Source of the DNA: Eledone cirrhosa
Taxonomy: Eukaryota
Length of the DNA: 64,000 nt
Assembly (NCBI GenBank): GCA_964016885.1
Contig: OZ024743.1
Coordinates: 232,562,001-232,626,000, forward strand
Direction of reading: 5' to 3'
The notes beneath the pieces are model-generated. The model saw only the letters and a program-made list of their open reading frames with translations. It was not told the origin of the DNA and did not search any database. Of the stretch, positions 54,943 through 64,000 are shown piece by piece (the first letter of the stretch is position 1; every line of letters starts with the position of its first letter). The translations under genes and the position numbers were made by a program.

Positions 54943-56073
54943 GGTGGATTGTACCGTGATGATGGGCTCCTTACCCTTAAAGGGTACAACCCCAGTAGTA
55001 CAGATCGGGTCCGGAAACATTTAATCAGATTCTTCCGCGGCTGGGGATTTAAAATAACCCTACAAACGTCCCTGACCCGAGTAAACTTCCTGGACGTGAC
55101 CCTCGACCTCGAAAACGACCTGTACTACCCATACAGGAAACCTAATGACAATCTGCACTACATCCACCGCCGATCAAACCATCCTAGGAACATCACAAAC
55201 AACCTGGTCAAAAACATCTCCCTCCGCATATCCCGTTTGTCAGCTAATGAGCGGATATTCGATGAACATGCGCCTTATTACAACCAGGCCCTCAAGCGGA
55301 GTGGTTTCCGGGAGGAAATATCCTACTGTCCAGCTCCCATTAGCGGAACCAGCAGGAGACACCGCCGCTCACGCAATGTAACATGGTTCAATCCTCCCCA
55401 CAACGCAGAGGTGACAACTCCCATCGAGAAACTATTCTTTAGGCTCATTGAAAAACACTTCCCATTACAACACCGCTACCACAACATAATTAACAAAAAT
55501 ACCATCAAACTCTCTTACAGCACTACACCAAACTTCGCACAAAACATCGTCTCCTCTAACAACAAAAAACTCAACCCCGATGGCAGAAATAACCTAAATA
55601 GCAGTGGAGAACCGACCAGGAGGTGTAACTGCCCGGATAGATCTATTTGCCCACTCGACAATAGATGCAGAGACCGTAATGTGATCTACCAGTGCAACGT
55701 GAGGACGGATACCTCCAACAAAGCCTATATAGGACTTACCGCATGTGACTTCAAGACCCGGCTATACCAACATAGACATACCTTCCGAAACCCGGCCCGG
55801 CGTCACGCCACTACACTTTCGGGCCACATATGGGACCTTAAGGACAACAACATCACCTATGATCTCACTTGGAGATTACTGTCCAGAGCCAATTCTTACA
55901 CGGGAGGACGCCGTCCGTGCAATTTATGCTCGGAGGAAACTTTACAAATGCTGTTTTCGACGGACCAACTCCTAAACAAGAAAGATGAACTGGTCACTGC
56001 ATGTAAACATAGATTGCGTAGGACTTACCTCGCCCTCAAACCCCATAATGACCCGGGGGGGGGGGGGGGGTAG
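54943..56073 (+). CDS. 5'-truncated but uninterrupted PLE RT (motif C to thumb) + GIY-YIG (Nematis-like)
   Basis: GLYRDDGL, VNFLDVTLDL, WFNPP, CNC..CPL..RC, YIGLTACDFKTRLYQH, CNLCSEE, CKHR. Confidence 0.93.
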   Translation, partial: GGLYRDDGLLTLKGYNPSSTDRVRKHLIRFFRGWGFKITLQTSLTRVNFLDVTLDLENDLYYPYRKPNDNLHYIHRRSNHPRNITNNLVKNISLRISRLSANERIFDEHAPYYNQALKRSGFREEISYCPAPISGTSRRHRRSRNVTWFNPPHNAEVTTPIEKLFFRLIEKHFPLQHRYHNIINKNTIKLSYSTTPNFAQNIVSSNNKKLNPDGRNNLNSSGEPTRRCNCPDRSICPLDNRCRDRNVIYQCNVRTDTSNKAYIGLTACDFKTRLYQHRHTFRNPARRHATTLSGHIWDLKDNNITYDLTWRLLSRANSYTGGRRPCNLCSEETLQMLFSTDQLLNKKDELVTACKHRLRRTYLALKPHNDPGGGGG

Positions 56074-57183
56074 ATTAGGGCTATAACACCCCACTTGCCG
56101 ATTTTGCAATGGGTAACCCCTGCTTGCCAAGGAAGACGTAAGATCTTCTTTGTATTCTTTTATCGCTTCCTTTATTTCCTTCCCCCCTCTCTCCTTAGTC
56201 CTTCTACCCCAGCTCTTCTCCTTTGTCGGCGTCTTTTCTCGCCCACCCGAGGCTGTAGCCTCGGGTGGCCCATGTAGCCTTAGTACCCCCACCACCCCCT
56301 CCCCTAGTCTATGATAGATTTGGCGGACTCCGCCCTTTATAGCAGTTGGCTTAGACCCCGGATACTTGCCCCCTTTTTCCGACCGCTCCCACTATTCTCG
56401 GTGCCCTCTATATTTCTTAGTGGCACTTATGCCTTATTTTTTCGTTTCAGTATTTCTTGCTTCGCTTTTCTTCTGGGCGGGGTGGATTCTGAATTTATTT
56501 CTCCGTATTCTACCTTTATTTCGTACGAACTTTCATGTAGCTTGTTTTAGATCTTTTAGAGTTAGCATTAGTATATATTTTTCTCGGGACTCAGAATTAT
56601 TATCTCGTACAAGTTCACTTTGCTGCACTGGGTCGTTGCTGGCCCGGGATGGAAACCTTTATTGTTTATTTCGTGGTAGTCTCTTTAGTATTTTGGCCCC
56701 TTTTGTTGACCCGTCACCGTATCATTTACGTACTTATACCTCTTAAAAGGGTCCTTGCCTATCCGTCCCACCTAGTTCTTTTACTTATTTCGTTATTTCT
56801 TTATTTCTTTCTTTCTTTACTTCTTTCTTTCTTTCTTTATTTTATTCTAGCCTAACAATAGCCTGAGACCTAGGTCGTAGAATTTAATTTACTTTACTTT
56901 TTTCTTTACACTTATTTGCTTTTCTTCACTCTCAGTACTTTTTCTTTCCTATTTCTACCCCCATTGTTCTACCTACCGTTCCGACTTCCTCCCCCTCCCC
57001 CTCCCCTGTATCTTCTTTGACCTCATGCCCAGCTGTAGCTGGCACTACCAACGCTGGATTGGGTCTACTCCACCCCCTCCCCTCTTTCTCCTACTGGCAG
57101 GTTTAGCCACCATCTCCCCTACTAATTTGCAACCACAGAATTACTACTGATTTTTGACAATCACTTTGACCATATATGGAATT

Positions 57184-57277
57184 ACCCCTTGAGAAGATCG
57201 GCTATTTAAATACCAGGATAAATTTTCATTTAGTCCAGAATTAGCCGTCAAAACGGCTTGAGCTCAGCTGTCGGGGT
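57184..57277 (+). ncRNA. Same U3-A8 hammerhead with a G12A substitution
   Basis: AAAA instead of GAAA at 57250-57253. Confidence 0.7.
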
Positions 57278-57287
57278 CTTACTGGTT

Positions 57288-57333
<46 letters not shown>

Positions 57334-57600
57334 TTGTGTATATATATATATATATATATACACACAAATATAAAATTCAGCGAGAATCGCATTTCGGCGG
57401 GTAGAAAAAGCGAAACGAAACGCAAAATCGGAGTTTTGCTGGCAAGCGCTCAATAGTTAAAAAACTAGAGCTAAACATATATGTTAAAACGCCATACAAA
57501 ACTGAAAAAGTGGTCAAGAAGTCATTAACCACCTAAGCCATAAAACAAGTCAAGCTAAATAGGTCAAACAAAATAAATGATAAAATCATATATATATATA

Positions 57601-57919
57601 TCAGTTTGTAGATGGTAGTAGGTTGGTATTTGACCTCAAAGAGGCAGGTGGTTCTGTAGGGTTCAAACCATCAGGCAAGATGACAATAGTTCCACATGAC
57701 TGATTTTCACAAAAGGCATTCATGGTCAGATATATTTTAAAATAAGGATAATAGTATGAAATAGATACTACAGGTCATTCTTAAATTGAGGGTTTATGTG
57801 GAGTGGTGCTACTGAAAATTAGGGTTGGAGTAGAAAGTTTACAAATAAAAAGGCTTATGTAGGTTGGCTTGCACTTCACTCACACACACCTCCACAGACA
57901 CATACACACTTCTACACAT

Positions 57920-57964
<45 letters not shown>

Positions 57965-58037
57965 ATATATATTTATATATATATACACATATATAAACAT
58001 ATACACATATTTAAATATAATATATAAATATATATAT

Positions 58038-58118
<81 letters not shown>

Positions 58119-58435
58119 GTGTAGAAGTGTGTATGTGTCTGTGGAGGTGTGTGTGAGTGTAGTGCAAGCCAACCTACATAAGCCTTTTTATTTGTAAACT
58201 TTCTACTCCAACCCTAATTTTCAGTAGCACCACTCCACATAAACCCTCAATTTAAGAATGACCTGTAGTATCTATTTCATACTATTATCCTTATTTTAAA
58301 ATATATCGGACCATGAATGCCTTTTGTGAAAATCAGTCATGTGGAACTATTGTCATCTTGCCTGATGGTTTGAACCCTACAGAACCACCTGCCTCTTTGA
58401 GGTCAAATACCAACCTACTACCATCTACAAACTGA
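57601..58435. repeat. ~320-bp inverted duplication centred on a (TA)n-rich tract
   Basis: 57601-57920 is the reverse complement of 58115-58435. Confidence 0.93.
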
Positions 58436-58564
58436 CCAATGAGAATCAAGACTATTCCTGCTGACAACATCAATATTATTCCTAACAAGCTCATATGTCC
58501 CAAGGCTCTGATACCATCAACACTATACACACAGAGCTGGCATATCTAAGAACTGACTAACTGC

Positions 58565-58610
58565 CTGATGAGGTCATAGCCATTCAATGGCCATCATCGA
58601 AATATATAGA
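58565..58610 (+). ncRNA. Hammerhead relic
   Basis: CTGATGA-GGT..GCCAT-TCA-ATGGC..ATC-GAAA-TATA-TA. Stem I is weak. Confidence 0.6.
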
Positions 58611-58758
58611 GGAGTAAATAAAGGATTATGAGTTCATGCAATTGACTTATGTTTCGTCACTATATATATATATATATATAAACAGAGAGAGAGAGAGCCC
58701 GACAGACAGAGAGTCACATACATCTATACATTTGTGAGTTGTATATATACATATATAT

Positions 58759-61105
<2,347 letters not shown>

Positions 61106-61137
61106 CAATAATCAAAATTCAGTTTAAATCATTTATT

Positions 61138-61184
61138 TGCTTACAATTGTTTCCTCCAAACCGAGGTTTGGATTCTTCGGAGCA
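61138..61184 (-). ncRNA. Minimal hammerhead (family of 12662 and 34439)
   Basis: TGCT-CCGAAGA-A-TCCAAAC-CTCG-GTTTGGA-G-GAAA-CAATTG-TA-AGCA. Confidence 0.8.
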
Positions 61185-61323
61185 GCTATTTAGTGATCTA
61201 TAACATACTTGACCTCCTTTTCAACACAAGAGGCATATAAAAGTATATGCATATATTGACCCACAGTGGGATGACATCCATCAAAATGATATAGCATGGC
61301 AATTTACATATAAAGGTTAAAGG

Positions 61324-61563
61324 ATAAAAATAAAAATAAAAATAAAAATAAAAATAAAAATAAAAATAAAAATAAAAATAAAAATAAAAATAAAAATAAA
61401 AATAAAAATAAAAATAAAAATAAAAATAAGAATAAAAATTAAAATAAAAATAAAAATTAAAAAAATAAAAATAAAAATAAAAATAAAAATAAAAATAAAA
61501 ATAAAAATAAAAATAAAAAAAATAAAAATAAAAATAAAAAATAAAAATAGAAATAAAAATAAA

Positions 61564-61594
<31 letters not shown>

Positions 61595-61732
61595 TAAAAA
61601 TAAAATTAAAAATAAAAATAAAAATAAATATAAAAATAAAAATAAAAATAAAAATAAAAATAAAAATAAAAATAAACATAAAAATAAAAATAAAAATAAA
61701 AATAAAAATAAAAATAAAAATAAAAATAAAAT
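61324..61732. repeat. (TAAAAA)n hexamer tract
   Basis: Seen directly. Confidence 0.97.
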
Positions 61733-62374
61733 TGAAACATTGGCAGTTTATGAAGATAAAGCGAGAGGAAAGTTTAGAGTAGTCAGTGTATGAAACAATC
61801 TCACGTGTAGCATGCACGCGTGTCTTATTTATACAGGATTAGAGTGCGGCAGATTGTTAGTTGCAGGATCAGGCAGTTGAAGTAGGCAATCTATAGTATT
61901 ATGTGGGCTGAATTGTTAAATCATTTTTTCGCATACACCTGTATGGTATACAATCCCGAATGTAGAGAAACACCAAAATATCAAATATATATATATACGA
62001 TAATATAGACGTATATATACATTTCTAAGTTGCCCCCTAGAATATATATTTTTTAAATATCGGAATCAAGTGCTCTTGCTGAGCTCATGCTGGAGCACTA
62101 CCATTAATGCATTACAGAAACACACCAAACAAATACAAAATTTATTAAATAGAAAGAAAACTGTTACTGTTCTAAAATCTGTTCTTGTATTCGCATAAAA
62201 AAATAACGGCAGACGCCAATGTTTCTGGGTGATAACTCTCCATCAGTCCCGTATACTGCTTACCTGACAACACAAGAGCAAGAATGACAAGGTCATTCCA
62301 CTCACATTTAAAGAGGCTGTTTCCATAATTGCAAACGAATGGAATACTATTATCAATATTCGAAAAATTCAGAT

Positions 62375-62425
<51 letters not shown>

Positions 62426-62505
62426 GCACACATATATATATATATGTTTTTTAGAAGCCTCCTCATATCTACCTACAGCCTTCCATTCCATCAATATCAT
62501 TATAT

Positions 62506-62553
<48 letters not shown>

Positions 62554-62642
62554 CTTATAGCTTAATATCTCAATTATTTGTAGTTCACTTTTCTTTCTCT
62601 CCTATTTTTCCATCTATACACGCATATGTATATCTAGCCATC

Positions 62643-62751
<109 letters not shown>

Positions 62752-63348
62752 GCGTATGTGTGTGTATTGGATGAAAATAGAAAGAAAACAAGAAGTGACC
62801 AGAGATGATATTGCTGCAACAACTTGAAAGTGTTTACATTGCATTAGTTTTGTGAAACTCATTAGCGCCATACAAGTCGATGTATAATTAAAAAGCAATG
62901 AGCTGAAAGGAAACAAAACAAAAACAACAAAGAACAACAAAATCGAAAAACCATTTTCTTGTAGTAATTGGTTTCATTCCTTGCTGGTAGATCGAATTTA
63001 TAATCGAATCAAATGTCGTTTCACCAAGATTTATAAATCAATCAAAGATGTTTTGAAATAAGAAAATTTATCTTTCAGTTAAATGAAATATGTTTGTAAT
63101 AATATATAATTCACCGTCATATATATTTATATATATATATATATATATATAACACATGTGTCTGTTTGTGTGTGTGTGCGTGCATGTGTCTGTGTGTGTG
63201 TCTTTGTGTTTGTGTGTGTGTGTGTGTGTGTGTATGTATATAGATAGATAAATATTGATGCAGGTGTGGAGGTTTATGTGTAAATTTTCTAACTAATATG
63301 ATGATAACAAGTCTGATATATTTTCAATTTCGGGTAAGAAATGGATAG

Positions 63349-63437
<89 letters not shown>

Positions 63438-63833
63438 CACATACATATACATATATATATATACATATATATATGTATATATGTATATATTTGTGTATAT
63501 ATATATATATATATACATACATATATATATGTGCGTGAATGTGTATGCGTGTGTGTGTATCCGTGTGTGTGTGTCTGTGTCTGTGTGTATGTGTTTACTA
63601 TTTTAAATTTACCTATGAAGCGGCTTACTATATATAGAGTGTATTTACTATATATAGAGTGTATATTGAGAATATTCAAACCTATACAGACTCACATACA
63701 AACACAGAGAAGCACTGCAATATCAAACTCCATCATCCACGAATGGCAAGCCAAGGAGAGTGTGGTCTAGAAAGTGTAGCTATTACAGCGATGCTCCAGT
63801 ATGGCAACGGCCCATGGATTCGAATAGGCTAAA

Positions 63834-64000
63834 TAATTGTTTCTACTTTTGGTACAAGGCCAGCAATTACACAGTGCATTACTGGTACTTTATTCTATCG
63901 ACCCAGTAAAGATGAAAGGCAATGTTAACCTCGGCGGGATTTTAACTCAGAATGGCAAGGGCCGTAACTCTATGCATCAAAGTATGGCGTCCGACCCTCT
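63834..64000 (-). mobile_element. Main SINE, cut by the window end
   Basis: Family match. Confidence 0.9.

Larger units (their letters stand above)
53285..57290 (+). mobile_element. Young PLE family D insertion with 1.6-kb inverted arms
   Basis: 53363-54942 is the reverse complement of 55697-57290 with few differences. (TA)n at both ends. Confidence 0.95.

Noticed and set aside
53530-56855. Hydrophobic ORFs in the family D arms
   Set aside because: They are pyrimidine-rich 3' UTR sequence with several overlapping frames open by composition.
62264-62326. Possible minus-strand first exon [21 protein letters not shown] with a GTAAGC donor
   Set aside because: No supporting downstream exon was found.

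Overview
AT-rich, microsatellite-saturated animal genomic DNA. The SINE, RTE and microsatellite landscape suggests an octopus or other cephalopod (inference). There is no prokaryotic content. The window is dominated by Penelope-like retroelements (PLEs; RT plus C-terminal GIY-YIG endonuclease) of at least three lineages and by many non-coding pLTR remnants. Nearly all sit in (TA)n tracts, often as inverted or fold-back structures. Reading the non-coding parts by eye shows about 25 type I hammerhead ribozyme (HHR) motifs. Several families carry the non-canonical U3-A8 core (TTGANAA), and stem III is usually a family-specific palindrome. Other repeats are a ~615-bp non-coding tandem array resembling a retrozyme, about 15 copies of a tRNA-derived SINE, RTE, Vingi-like and CRE-like LINE relics, and a tRNA-like sequence. 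Three phase-1-compatible candidate exons of a host secreted mucin-like gene (signal peptide, PAN-like module, Thr/Ser/Pro stalk) may be decayed. Most ORFs in the supplied track are microsatellite artefacts.
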